Shown: positions 28,870 to 38,333 of the stretch, piece after piece
Position numbering within the stretch: position 1 is the first letter of the stretch
How the letters are laid out: every line of letters begins with the position of its first letter
Assembly: GCA_963666515.2 (NCBI GenBank)
Contig: OY762897.2
Span: 160,001-224,000, forward strand
DNA length: 64,000 nucleotides
DNA from: Candidatus Binatia bacterium
Lineage (GTDB): Bacteria > Desulfobacterota > Binatia > UBA9968 > JAJDTQ01
Direction of reading: 5' to 3'
Notes under the pieces: generated by a model
Seen by the model: only the letters and a program-made list of their open reading frames with translations
Told to the model about the DNA's origin: nothing
Database searches by the model: none
Made by a program: the position numbers and the translations under genes

Positions 28870-29529
28870 TTACACCGCTGTCAGGTGTCCGGTCTTGGTG
28901 TAGAAGACGCACCCCGCGTGGGTGCGAAGCGCGTACGAACTGCCCGGAGGGTTTCGAAGCCAAGTTCCCTTGGGGTGGGCGCCGTCGTCGTCCTCGAGGA
29001 CGCCTTCGAGCACCCAGATCTCCTCGCCGGCGGGATGATGGCGCCGCTCCAGGCGGGTTCCGGCCTCAAGCTTCGTCAATGCCACGGTTTCGGACTCCGA
29101 TGAGTGAAGCGGCATGACGAGAAGCCCGGGTTCGCTTCCCGGAGCCCACGGTGTGCCGGCGGTATCGACGCGCACGAACTGGCGCTCTTCCATGTCCATC
29201 TGCCGGAGCTTCACGAACAGCGTGCAGCCGTCGCGGCTGTGGGGACTGTGCCGGGAGCCCGGCGGGTTCCGCACGTAGGTGCCGGTGGGATAGTCCCCAT
29301 GCTCGTCGGAGAACACGCCGTCGAGCACCAGGAACTCCTCGCCCAACCCGTGGGAGTGTGCCGGGAAGCGGCTTCCGGGCGCATAGCGGACGATGCTCGT
29401 GGCCCGCGCCACCTCCTCGCCGTCGCGCTCCAGCATGCGCCGCTGGACCCCAGCAAGCGGCGAGTCGGTCCACGGCATGTCCTCCGTGTAAAGGACCACG
29501 CGTCGCGATATGTCCGCGTTCAGCAGCAT
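28870..29529 (-). CDS. ChrR-like double cupin (cupin_7) protein
   Basis: GVQRRML, ATSIVRYAPGS.FPAH.H..GEEFLVL.G, YVRNPPGS.H.P. Confidence 0.88.
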   Translation of the reverse strand: MLLNADISRRVVLYTEDMPWTDSPLAGVQRRMLERDGEEVARATSIVRYAPGSRFPAHSHGLGEEFLVLDGVFSDEHGDYPTGTYVRNPPGSRHSPHSRDGCTLFVKLRQMDMEERQFVRVDTAGTPWAPGSEPGLLVMPLHSSESETVALTKLEAGTRLERRHHPAGEEIWVLEGVLEDDDGAHPKGTWLRNPPGSSYALRTHAGCVFYTKTGHLTAV

Positions 29530-29646
29530 GTCGGTGGTTCCCGTATCGCAGGCCGCCGGTTGACCTGTCCGGCCGGGTCATATTAACTTTCGTGGCTCAA
29601 TACAACCTTCGACACCAAGTCGGCACGACGATACAGGAGGAATCCG

Positions 29647-30714
29647 ATGGCCAAAGCCAAAGTGTTCATATTCGCTCCCAACGATGAGAAGGGGGACTCC
29701 CACAGGAAGCTCGAGAGCAACGGCTGCGAGCTGGTCCTGGGCAAGGCCGGCTGGCACACGCCCCAGGGTGACAACGAGGCGGAGATGGTCGGCATGGCCC
29801 AGGGAGCCCACGCATTGGTCGGCACGTCCATCCGCAGCTCTCCCATCAGCCAGACCATCATGCAGTCCTCCAAAGATCTCCGGGTGGTGGCCAAGTACAC
29901 CATCGGCGTGGACGACGTGGACGTGGACGCGGCCACGGAGATGGGCATCATGGTGTGCCACGCGCCTACGGAGTCCAATTGGGGCGGCGTCGCCGAGGGC
30001 ACCATCACCGGCATGCTGACCATGCTCAAGCGTACGCGCGAGCGCGACCGGCACCTGAAGTCGGGCGGCGAGTGGCGCGACTTGAGCCACCAGGGAACCT
30101 ACGTGGGGTCCCGCGAGATGGACGGCTACCCCGGCATCGTGCTGGGCATCATCGGCCTGGGGCGCATCGGCACCCGCGTGGCCAAGCTCATGAAGCCCTG
30201 GGGCATGCGCATGATCGCCTGCGATCCCTACGTGCCCGACGAGAAGTTCGCCGAGGCCGGCGTCGAGAAGGTGGACCTGGCGACGCTGCTGCGCGAGTCC
30301 GACGTGGTGACGCTCCACGTCGTCCTCACCAAGGAGACCCGCCACATGATGGGAATGGCGCAGTTCTCGCAGATGAAGAAGGACGCCATCTTCATCAACA
30401 CGTCGCGCGGCTACTGCTGCAACGAGCCGGACCTCGCCGAGGCGCTGGAAAACGACGTCATCTCGGGCGCGGTCCTCGACGTCTTCGAGGACGAGCCCCT
30501 GTCCATGGACAGCCCGCTACGGAAGCTCGGCGACAAGGTGATCCTGTCGCCCCACATGGTCTCCTCCAACAAGGGCAGCGGACTCCATCCCGGCGTGGTC
30601 TGGGCCACCGAATCGGTCCTCACCGCGCTCCGCGGCGAGGTCCCGGACAACGTCTACAACAAGGAGGTCATCGAGCAGTGGAAAAGCCGCTTCGGCGGCA
30701 AGAGCCTGCTGTGA
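29647..30714 (+). CDS. D-isomer-specific 2-hydroxyacid dehydrogenase
   Basis: GIIGLGRIG, SDVVTLH, INTSRG, LDVFEDEP, LSPH. Confidence 0.9.
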   Translation: MAKAKVFIFAPNDEKGDSHRKLESNGCELVLGKAGWHTPQGDNEAEMVGMAQGAHALVGTSIRSSPISQTIMQSSKDLRVVAKYTIGVDDVDVDAATEMGIMVCHAPTESNWGGVAEGTITGMLTMLKRTRERDRHLKSGGEWRDLSHQGTYVGSREMDGYPGIVLGIIGLGRIGTRVAKLMKPWGMRMIACDPYVPDEKFAEAGVEKVDLATLLRESDVVTLHVVLTKETRHMMGMAQFSQMKKDAIFINTSRGYCCNEPDLAEALENDVISGAVLDVFEDEPLSMDSPLRKLGDKVILSPHMVSSNKGSGLHPGVVWATESVLTALRGEVPDNVYNKEVIEQWKSRFGGKSLL

Positions 30715-30796
30715 GGGTGGGTTGACCGGTCAGGTGCCAGGAGCCTGCGTCGCATTGCTACGGCGCCAAAGACAGGTTGAGATTGCTGTGGCCCGG

Positions 30797-31104
30797 TTAT
30801 TGGTCAAGTAGTCCCAACTTGTCTGCAAGTCGCCGTGCCAGTTCCTGGTCATGTTCGGCGATCATGGCGATATCGCCGCTGTCCATATCCGCGACATTGG
30901 GGAAGTCCTCACCCGGAACGCCGGACTGGACCCAGACGATATAAGCCCCATTATAGCAATCCAGGTGAGAGCGTATTGTGTGGATATTGTCGCCGTTGGC
31001 CTGTTTCGTGAATAGATGAACCTCGCCTTTTCAATGGCCAGTTCGCAAGAGTCGCACGGGTAACTCTTGCCTGCCCTCCTCTCTTCCTGTGTCAGGATTT
31101 CCAT
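30797..31104 (-). pseudogene. frameshifted small zinc-finger protein (CxxC...IEKGE...HxxC)
   Basis: Adding one A to the A4 run at 31028-31031 joins two frames into one 102-aa ORF ending at TAA 30797-30799. Confidence 0.55.
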
Positions 31105-31207
31105 TCTCCCGATGCCCTTCCCCCTAATCGACTCGCTGGGAGAAACCTCATAGCATCAAGTCCATTAATGAGCCAACGAAAGTACTGGGTGTAGTGGAGG
31201 GCGACGC

Positions 31208-31894
31208 ATGTCGAATGGGCAGCCATGGAATTGGGATGAGATAGTCCTCGTGCTAGAGGCCCACCTGTCAGGGGCAGTTCCCACGGAGAAAGACCAACGA
31301 GTGGTTGAATTAACCCAGCTTCTTCCTCACTCATCTGGCAGCATCCGTGCGCTGCTCAGGAATTTTCATTCGCTCGATCCAGAAAAGACAAGCGGCGCTC
31401 CCCATGGATCAAGGACTACTAAGCAGGTATGGGATGAGTTCTCCAACGACCGGCCCCGCCTCGGGTCTGTCGCCGCCACCTTACGAAAAGAAGCCAAGGA
31501 AATGCGAGGGTCCGGCGGGTCGCTGGATACGGAGCTAATAGATGACGTCGCTGAGGCGCCTGAGGGAAGAATCGCCACGCGGGTTCATATGGTCCGTGAA
31601 CGCAACCAGGGACTGGTAAAGCGCAAGAAGCAGCGCGAACTCAAGAAAACTGGTCGGCTGGTTTGTGAGGTGTGCCGGTTCGATTTTGCAGAACGGTATG
31701 GAGAAAGAGGCAAGGAGTTCATCGAGTGCCACCACACCAAGCCTTTGAGCGACCTAAAGCGCGAAACCAAAATTCCTCTGAGGGATTTGGCGCTGTTGTG
31801 TTCAAACTGCCACCGGATGATTCACGTAAGACGGCCATGGTTAGAGGTGGCGGATCTCATAAAGCTGATCAATAGTCCTCACCCGTCTTCCTGA
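31208..31894 (+). CDS. HNH endonuclease, McrA-like (type IV restriction-like)
   Basis: EG...H..RERN, CEVC.FDF...YG, IECHH..PL, LCSNCHRMIH; lower GC than the flanks. Confidence 0.88.
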   Translation: MSNGQPWNWDEIVLVLEAHLSGAVPTEKDQRVVELTQLLPHSSGSIRALLRNFHSLDPEKTSGAPHGSRTTKQVWDEFSNDRPRLGSVAATLRKEAKEMRGSGGSLDTELIDDVAEAPEGRIATRVHMVRERNQGLVKRKKQRELKKTGRLVCEVCRFDFAERYGERGKEFIECHHTKPLSDLKRETKIPLRDLALLCSNCHRMIHVRRPWLEVADLIKLINSPHPSS

Positions 31895-31980
31895 CTCCCT
31901 GTAAGGACCGTCCGGCGGTAGTCGCAGTTAGGGAGACTCCGATCGCAGTAGGTTCCGGCCGGGTCACATAGCGCCGGTGC

Positions 31981-32049
31981 TTGTCGCGGCCCCCAGAGGA
32001 AGAACGTTTCTGTCCCGGACTCCGGCAATATGGGCATACGCTGGAACAT
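31981..32049 (-). pseudogene. N-terminal remnant of an AAA_14/DUF4143 ATPase
   Basis: MFQRMPILPESGTETFFLWGPRQ breaks off inside the Walker A motif (expected GPRQxGK[S/T]). Confidence 0.55.
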
Positions 32050-32051
32050 CA

Positions 32052-32079
32052 ACTTCCAAATATCATGATAAATGGAAGT
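32052..32079. promoter_or_regulatory. operator-like dyad upstream of the ATPase remnant
   Basis: ACTTCCA-AA-TATCATGATA-AA-TGGAAGT. Confidence 0.4.
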
Positions 32080-32281
32080 GCCACAAGCAAGAATCCCGTG
32101 TTGGAAACTGCTGTCCGAGTTCATGGTTGCGGGAAACCTGCAAATCGGGTGCGCTGGTGCTATGCTAACGGGTTTCTGGCTGGTGAGGGCAGGGTGTCCG
32201 CTGACGCCCGTGCGTATTCCCCCTGAGAACACTTCATCGCGCCGGCCGGCTTGAGACGAATTGGGAAGCGGGAACCACCCC

Positions 32282-34213
32282 ATGGGGAGCCAGGACGTAC
32301 AACGCGACGAGGACGCCGTCGAGTTGCGCTCGTTCATTGCGCACCTGCTACGGGATGTGCAGGCGCTGGAGCGGATGCTCGACGAGGGTATGATCGAGTC
32401 CGGGGTGCACCGGATCGGGGCGGAGCAGGAGGTGTTCCTGGTGGACGCGGCCCGGCGGCCGGCGATGCTGGCCATGGAGCTGCTGGAGCGGGTGGCGGAC
32501 CCCCATTACACCACCGAGCTGGGGCTGTTCAACCTGGAGATCAACCTCGATCCGCTTTTGTTCGGCGGCGACTGCCTCAGCCGGCTGGAGGGGCAGCTCG
32601 AATCCACCCTGCAACGGCTCAGGGAGGCGGCCCGCGAGCACGGCGCCGAGGTGGTGCTGGTGGGTATCCTGCCGACCCTGCGCAAATCCGACCTGGCGAT
32701 GGCGCACATGACCCCGAGGCCGCGCTACCGGGCGCTCAACGCGGTGCTCACCCAGCTCCGGGGCGGCGACTACGAGTTCCGGCTCAAGGGCGCCGACGAG
32801 TTGAGCATCCGGCACGACTCGGTGATGCTGGAATCCGGGTGCACGAGCTTTCAGGTGCACTACCAGGTGGACCCCGCGGAGTTCGCCCGGTGCTACAACT
32901 TGGCTCAACTCGTGACCGCGCCGCTCCTGGCCGCGGCGGCCAACTCGCCGCTCCTGTTCGGCCGCAGGCTGTGGCGCGAGACCCGCATCCCGCTGTTCCA
33001 GCAGTCCATCGACACCCGCAGGGCGGGCCATCACATGCGCGAGCGCGCGGCCCGGGTGAGCTTCGGCCAGAACTGGGTGCGCGAGTCCATCCTGGAATTG
33101 ATCCGGGAAGACCTGGCGCGCTTTCGCGTGCTGCTGGGGGCGTCTTTGGAGGAGGACTCGCTGGAGGTGCTGGCCCGGGGCGGACTGCCGACGCTCCAGG
33201 CGTTGCGCACCCATACCGGCACGGTCTACCGCTGGAACCGGGCCTGCTTCGGCACCGGCGAGGGCAGGGCCCACATCCGCATCGAGAACCGGGTGCTGCC
33301 ATCGGGTCCCACGATCCTGGACGAGGTGGCCAACGCCGCCTTCTTCCTGGGCATGCTCCGGGGCGGGGCGGAGGCGTACGGCGACGTGGGCGGGACCATG
33401 CCCTTCCACGACGCCGAGGCCAACTTCCTGGCCGCGGCGCAGCGGGGCCTGAGCGCCCAGTTCACCTGGGTGGACGGCGCGACCGCGCCCGCGGACGACC
33501 TGATCCGCCGGGAGCTGCTGCCGCTGGCATGGCAGGGGCTGCGCTCCGCCGGTCTCGATTCCGCGGACGTGGACCGCTACCTGGGGGTCATCGAGCAGCG
33601 GGTGGCGTCACGCCGGAACGGCGCCTCCTGGCTGCTGCGCTCGCTCGCGGACATGCAGGGTGCGGACACGCAGGACGCCCTGTTGAGCGCCCTCACCGCG
33701 GCGACCGTCACCCGGCAATGGGAGGGAACGCCGGTGCACGAATGGCCGTTGGCGAAAGTCGAGGAGGGCCGCGGCGGCAAGCCCCAGGCCCTGCGCATCG
33801 AGGAGTTCATGACCACGGACTTGATCACGGTCCACCCGGACGAACCGATGGACCTCGTGATCCGGCTCATGGACTGGCGGCGCATCCGCCACGTGCCGGT
33901 GGAGGACGAGGACGGCAAGGTGGCGGGCCTGCTCTCTTGCTTCGAGGCCCTGCGGCAGTGGGCGCCGGCCGCGCCCGACGCGGACGGTGAGCCGGTGCCG
34001 GTGCGGGAAGTCATGCAGCCGGATCCGGTGACCATCGCTCCGGAGGCCACGGTCACTCAGGCGGTGGCGCGGATGCGGGAGGCACGGAGCGACTACCTGC
34101 TGGTGGTCAAGGAGGATCGGCTGGTGGGGATCGTGACGGAAAGCGACGTCCTTCAGCTTACGGCGCGCCTGCTGGAGCAGCTCGCCGGCGAGGACGGTGC
34201 GGATGGCGGCTGA
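32282..34213 (+). CDS. glutamate-cysteine ligase (GCS2)-family carboxylate-amine ligase fused to a CBS pair
   Basis: IGAEQE, TTELGLFNLEIN, TSFQVH, NSP, YRWNR, HIRIENR; C-terminal MTTDLITV..IRHVPVED and LVGIVTESD CBS motifs. Confidence 0.87.
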   Translation: MGSQDVQRDEDAVELRSFIAHLLRDVQALERMLDEGMIESGVHRIGAEQEVFLVDAARRPAMLAMELLERVADPHYTTELGLFNLEINLDPLLFGGDCLSRLEGQLESTLQRLREAAREHGAEVVLVGILPTLRKSDLAMAHMTPRPRYRALNAVLTQLRGGDYEFRLKGADELSIRHDSVMLESGCTSFQVHYQVDPAEFARCYNLAQLVTAPLLAAAANSPLLFGRRLWRETRIPLFQQSIDTRRAGHHMRERAARVSFGQNWVRESILELIREDLARFRVLLGASLEEDSLEVLARGGLPTLQALRTHTGTVYRWNRACFGTGEGRAHIRIENRVLPSGPTILDEVANAAFFLGMLRGGAEAYGDVGGTMPFHDAEANFLAAAQRGLSAQFTWVDGATAPADDLIRRELLPLAWQGLRSAGLDSADVDRYLGVIEQRVASRRNGASWLLRSLADMQGADTQDALLSALTAATVTRQWEGTPVHEWPLAKVEEGRGGKPQALRIEEFMTTDLITVHPDEPMDLVIRLMDWRRIRHVPVEDEDGKVAGLLSCFEALRQWAPAAPDADGEPVPVREVMQPDPVTIAPEATVTQAVARMREARSDYLLVVKEDRLVGIVTESDVLQLTARLLEQLAGEDGADGG

Positions 34214-35144
34214 TTCCCCCGGTTCCGGGCACGTCTTCCCGCGGCTTCTGGGCAGGTACGGCGGCGGCACCGCCGGCCCGCTGGTGATCGGCATCGGCGG
34301 CATGCACGGCAACGAGCCGGCCGGCGCGCTGGCGCTCCAACAGGCGTTGCGGGCGCTACGGGCGGCCGAGGCGCCGTTCCGGGGCTCCTTCGTCGCGCTT
34401 GCCGGCAACCGCGCCGCCCTCGCCCGCGGCTGCCGCTACATCGACGAGGATTTCAATCGCGCGTGGTCGCGCGAACGCGTCATCCGGCTCAGGAGCCGCT
34501 GCCCGTCCCCGGACGCGACCTCCGAGGAACTCGAGCAGCGCGACCTGCTGGCGCGCCTGGACGCCGAGCTGGCGCGGCGCCGCGGGCCGGCCGTCTGTCT
34601 GGATCTGCACACCACCTCGGCCGCGGGCACCCCGTTCGCGGTCATCGGCGACACGCCGCAGAACCGGCGGTTCGCCTTTCGCCTCCGCGCTCCGGTGGTT
34701 CTCGGCCTGGAAGAGCGTCTGGAGAGCACCATCCTGAACCATCTGGGCGAGGAGGGGCACGCGGCCGTGGGTTTCGAAGGGGGACAGCATGATTCGCCGT
34801 CCGCCGCGGCCATCCACATGGCGGTCATCCGGACGGTGCTGTTGACCGCGGGGTGCATACGGACCGGGGACCTGCCGCCACCGGCCCACACGGACGCGGA
34901 CCCGGACGCGCCGCCGCCGGTGGTCGAGGTCCGCCATCACCACGTGATCCGGGAAGGCGACGAATTCGTCATGGAGCCCGGGTTCACGAACTTCCAGCCG
35001 GTGGAGCGCGGACAGGTCCTGGCCCGCGACCGCCGGGGACCGATCCTCGCCGCCGAGTCCGGCCAGATCCTCATGCCGCTCTACCAGGGACAGGGGACCG
35101 ACGGCTTCTTCCTCGTGAGGCGGGTCGAGCGCCTCCTGCCGTAG
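34203..35144 (+). CDS. succinylglutamate desuccinylase/aspartoacylase (M14) family protein
   Basis: HGNE, DFNR, DLHTT, FEGG; overlaps the upstream gene by 11 nt. Confidence 0.87.
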   Translation: MAADSPGSGHVFPRLLGRYGGGTAGPLVIGIGGMHGNEPAGALALQQALRALRAAEAPFRGSFVALAGNRAALARGCRYIDEDFNRAWSRERVIRLRSRCPSPDATSEELEQRDLLARLDAELARRRGPAVCLDLHTTSAAGTPFAVIGDTPQNRRFAFRLRAPVVLGLEERLESTILNHLGEEGHAAVGFEGGQHDSPSAAAIHMAVIRTVLLTAGCIRTGDLPPPAHTDADPDAPPPVVEVRHHHVIREGDEFVMEPGFTNFQPVERGQVLARDRRGPILAAESGQILMPLYQGQGTDGFFLVRRVERLLP

Positions 35145-35275
35145 CGATCCGGCCCTTCCGAGCCGCCTGTCCCGCCCCCAAATCGCCCGCCTCAGGGACC
35201 TTGCAACCCGTCCACAAATGAAGTAGGTAGGGCGCTTGCTCTACGGGGAAGATTGAGAACGCGCAGTTCGATACC

Positions 35276-37126
35276 GTGACTTATACGAGAACAATTGCCG
35301 CAGCAGCGGCCCTTTTGATCGGGGCAAGCAGTTGGCTTGCCGCCGGGACCGCGGCCGCGCAGCCGCCGCCCGAGGTCAGGACGGCGTCGTTGAGCGTGCC
35401 GGACGCCGCGGAGGCGCGTGCGGGCAGCCTGCCGAAGCTGCTGTCCGGGCATGATGCGTCTCTGTACCGGAGGATTTTCGCGCTTCAGGAGGAAGGGCAC
35501 TGGAGCCGGGCCGATGCCTTGATCAAGCGGCTTCGGGACCCGCTGCTCATGGGCCATGTGCGGTTCCAGCGCTTGATGCATCCCACCCTTTACCGGTCGT
35601 CCTACGGAGAGCTGTGGACCTGGATGGAGGCGTACGCGGACCATCCGGGCGCCCGGCGAGTCCACCGGCTGGCCAAGCGGCGTCAACCCAAGGGCTGGAA
35701 GTCGCCGCGGTCTCCGGCCCGGGCGGTGCTGGTATCCGATCTCAAGTCCGACCCGGCGCCGGCGGCCCCGCAGGCGCGCGCCGGCGGCCGACGCCAAGCC
35801 TCAGCGGATGCCGGGGACCGTTCGAGGCGGGACCCTCAGGCGGTCCGCAAGGTCCACAGACAGATACGGAGGATGGTGTCCGGCGGCTACGTGACAAGGG
35901 CCCTCCGTTTCCTGGAGCAACCGCGCCACGTCCGTTTGCTGGACGCCGCCAGCTTCGACGAGAACCTGGCGTGGATTGCCAGAGGATACTACTTCTGGGA
36001 CAAGGACCGCAAAGCGTTGAAGGTTGCAAGGCGCGCGATTGCGCGGTCGGGAGACCGGGTTCCGCTGGCCTACTGGTGGGGCGGTCTGGCGGCGTGGCGC
36101 CTGGGACAATACGGTGATGCGGCGAAGTTGTTCCGGGCGTTGGCCGAGTCGAAGTCGATGACGCCGTGGCTGGTATCCGCGGGCGGCTACTGGGCGAGCC
36201 GCGCGTACCAGGTGACCGGCGACTCGGGGCAGGTGGGGGCCATGTTGCGAATCGCCGCCGGGCACCCGCGGACGTTCTACGGGCTCCTGGCCGTTACAGC
36301 CCTCGGAGAGCGGGCGCCGCTGGATTTCGGCCTGCGCAGGCTCAGCGCCGCGGACGTCAACGCCTTGCTGGGAATGCAACCCGTGCGTCGGGCTCTCGCG
36401 CTGACTCAGGTCGGCCAGCACGTCCGGGCGGGCGCCGAGTTGAGGCGATTCGCCCACCGCCTGTCGCCCCGGCTGGCGCGGGTGGTCCTGGCCCTGGCTT
36501 CGGAGTCGGGACTGGCCGACCTCTCCTATCAGGCCGCTGAGAGCCTGCTGCAGCGGACCGGCGTCACCGTGGACGCGGGGCTCTATCCGCTGCCGGTGTG
36601 GGAGCCCGACGGCGGCTACGTGCTCGACCGCGCGTTCCTGTTCGCCGTGATGCGGCAGGAGTCCAATTTTCGTGCCGGCGCCCGCAGCTCCCGCGGCGCC
36701 AGAGGCCTGATGCAGCTCATGCCGCGGACCGCCGGGGTCATGGCCGGCCGGAAGTACCGCGGGGCCGAGCGCCGGCAACTGCTGGACCCGGTGCTCAACG
36801 TCACCCTGGGTCAGAAGTATCTTCGCTACCTGCTTTCGCGGGAGGACGTCGACGGCAACCTGTTCTACGCGTTGACGGCCTACAACAGCGGTCCGGCAAA
36901 GCTCCGGGAGTGGCAGCGCAGGGTTGACTACCGGGACGACCCGCTGTTGTTCATCGAGAGCATTCCGAGTTGGGAAACGCGCATCTTCATCGAACGGGTG
37001 CTGACCAACCTGTGGATCTATCGCATCCGGTTCGGACAGGCGACGCACTCCCTCGAGATCATCGTGTCAGGCGGCTGGCCCACCTATGTCCCGCTGGACC
37101 GCCGGCGCCCGCCCGCCCGCTCCTGA
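35276..37126 (+). CDS. soluble lytic transglycosylase (SLT domain)
   Basis: Signal peptide, helical repeats, RQESNF, GLMQLMP, AYNSG, FIESIP..ETR. Confidence 0.9.
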   Translation: MTYTRTIAAAAALLIGASSWLAAGTAAAQPPPEVRTASLSVPDAAEARAGSLPKLLSGHDASLYRRIFALQEEGHWSRADALIKRLRDPLLMGHVRFQRLMHPTLYRSSYGELWTWMEAYADHPGARRVHRLAKRRQPKGWKSPRSPARAVLVSDLKSDPAPAAPQARAGGRRQASADAGDRSRRDPQAVRKVHRQIRRMVSGGYVTRALRFLEQPRHVRLLDAASFDENLAWIARGYYFWDKDRKALKVARRAIARSGDRVPLAYWWGGLAAWRLGQYGDAAKLFRALAESKSMTPWLVSAGGYWASRAYQVTGDSGQVGAMLRIAAGHPRTFYGLLAVTALGERAPLDFGLRRLSAADVNALLGMQPVRRALALTQVGQHVRAGAELRRFAHRLSPRLARVVLALASESGLADLSYQAAESLLQRTGVTVDAGLYPLPVWEPDGGYVLDRAFLFAVMRQESNFRAGARSSRGARGLMQLMPRTAGVMAGRKYRGAERRQLLDPVLNVTLGQKYLRYLLSREDVDGNLFYALTAYNSGPAKLREWQRRVDYRDDPLLFIESIPSWETRIFIERVLTNLWIYRIRFGQATHSLEIIVSGGWPTYVPLDRRRPPARS

Positions 37127-37235
37127 CCCGGAAAGGGGCGGCCCCGTCCCGCCAGTGCTTGCAGTCCGCTCGCCGGTGCGATAGTGCTGAGCGCATCTCA
37201 ACCGGTAGCTCCGGAAACGATTCACACGGGAGGTC

Positions 37236-38282
37236 ATGATGAGGACGCATCCGCAAATCCGCGGGGTCACGCTTTTCGTTGCATTTGCCGCGCTGGTCTT
37301 CACCGGCTCCATCGCCGTTGCGGCCGACTACTACGCCGGCAAGACCATCACCATCGTCTGTCCCTATTCCACCGGCGGCACCTACGACCGCATGTCGCGG
37401 CTGGCGGCGAAGTTCCTGCCCAGGCACATACCGGGCAACCCGGCCGCCATCGTGCACAACCGTCCCGGCGCCGGCGGCGTCATCGGGCTGCGGTCGGTCT
37501 ACAAGGCCAAGCCCGACGGCCTGTCGCTGATCCACTTCACCAGTCCCATGGTGGTGCGGAGCCTCACCGGCGGCATCGAGGACATCGACTTCAAGAAGCT
37601 CACGTGGCTCGGCAGCGTGGGCGGCGCGCACTACATCTTCGCGATCCGTTCCGACCGGCCCGAGCGCAGCATCCAGGACTTCCAGACGACCAAGACGCCC
37701 GTTCGCGTCGGCGCGTCCGGGCCGAGCTCGCTGCTGACCCAGGCGCCGAAGTTCCTGCAGCGCGCCGGCAAGTTCAACCTCCGGCTGGTGCCGGGCTACA
37801 AGGGCTACAATCCCATGGCGCTGGCGATGAAGCAGAACGAGGTGGACGCCGTCTCCACCGCGGGGGTGGCCATCAGGGTCAACACCGCGACGCGGGAGAT
37901 GCACAAGGACGGCACCATCAAGCTGGTGCTGTCCATGGGCGGCGCCCCGCCCCCGGCGCCCCTCAAGGCGGAGGTAGCGGCGCTGCCCAAGTTCGTCGAC
38001 GCCATCGCCGACCCCAAGGACCGCGACGCCTGGGTGGCGTTCTCGGGGCTCCTGAGCGCCAGCCGCCCGTTCGCGGCGACCCCAGGACTGCCGGCGGAGC
38101 CGGCCGCCATCCTCAAGAAGGCCATGGCGGACATGATGGCGGACCCCGAGTTCGTGAAGACCGCCACCGACCAGGGGTTCGTGCTGAACACGTTGAACTC
38201 CCAGGAGGCGGAGAAGCTGATCCTCTCGGTTTTCAACCTGCCCGCGGAAATACAGGACCGGTTGAAGGCGCTCCTGAAGTAG
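37236..38282 (+). CDS. tctC: TTT (Bug/TctC) solute-binding protein
   Basis: YYAGKTITIV, GGTYD, NRPGAGG, KPDGL, GYKG. Confidence 0.87.
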   Translation: MMRTHPQIRGVTLFVAFAALVFTGSIAVAADYYAGKTITIVCPYSTGGTYDRMSRLAAKFLPRHIPGNPAAIVHNRPGAGGVIGLRSVYKAKPDGLSLIHFTSPMVVRSLTGGIEDIDFKKLTWLGSVGGAHYIFAIRSDRPERSIQDFQTTKTPVRVGASGPSSLLTQAPKFLQRAGKFNLRLVPGYKGYNPMALAMKQNEVDAVSTAGVAIRVNTATREMHKDGTIKLVLSMGGAPPPAPLKAEVAALPKFVDAIADPKDRDAWVAFSGLLSASRPFAATPGLPAEPAAILKKAMADMMADPEFVKTATDQGFVLNTLNSQEAEKLILSVFNLPAEIQDRLKALLK

Positions 38283-38333
38283 CCGCGTTTGAACCGAGCG
38301 TCCCGCGTCCGCAACGCGGGGCGCTTCCGCGAA

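Noticed and set aside
28870-29529. ChrR anti-sigma regulatory system
   Set aside because: No ECF sigma gene nearby and no anti-sigma zinc domain; stand-alone cupin_7 proteins are common
32167-32281. TPP-riboswitch-like words (CAGGGTG...CTGAGA...GGGAAGC) in the ligase leader
   Set aside because: Lacks the conserved CCTGAT/TAAT core, and the downstream gene is unrelated to thiamine
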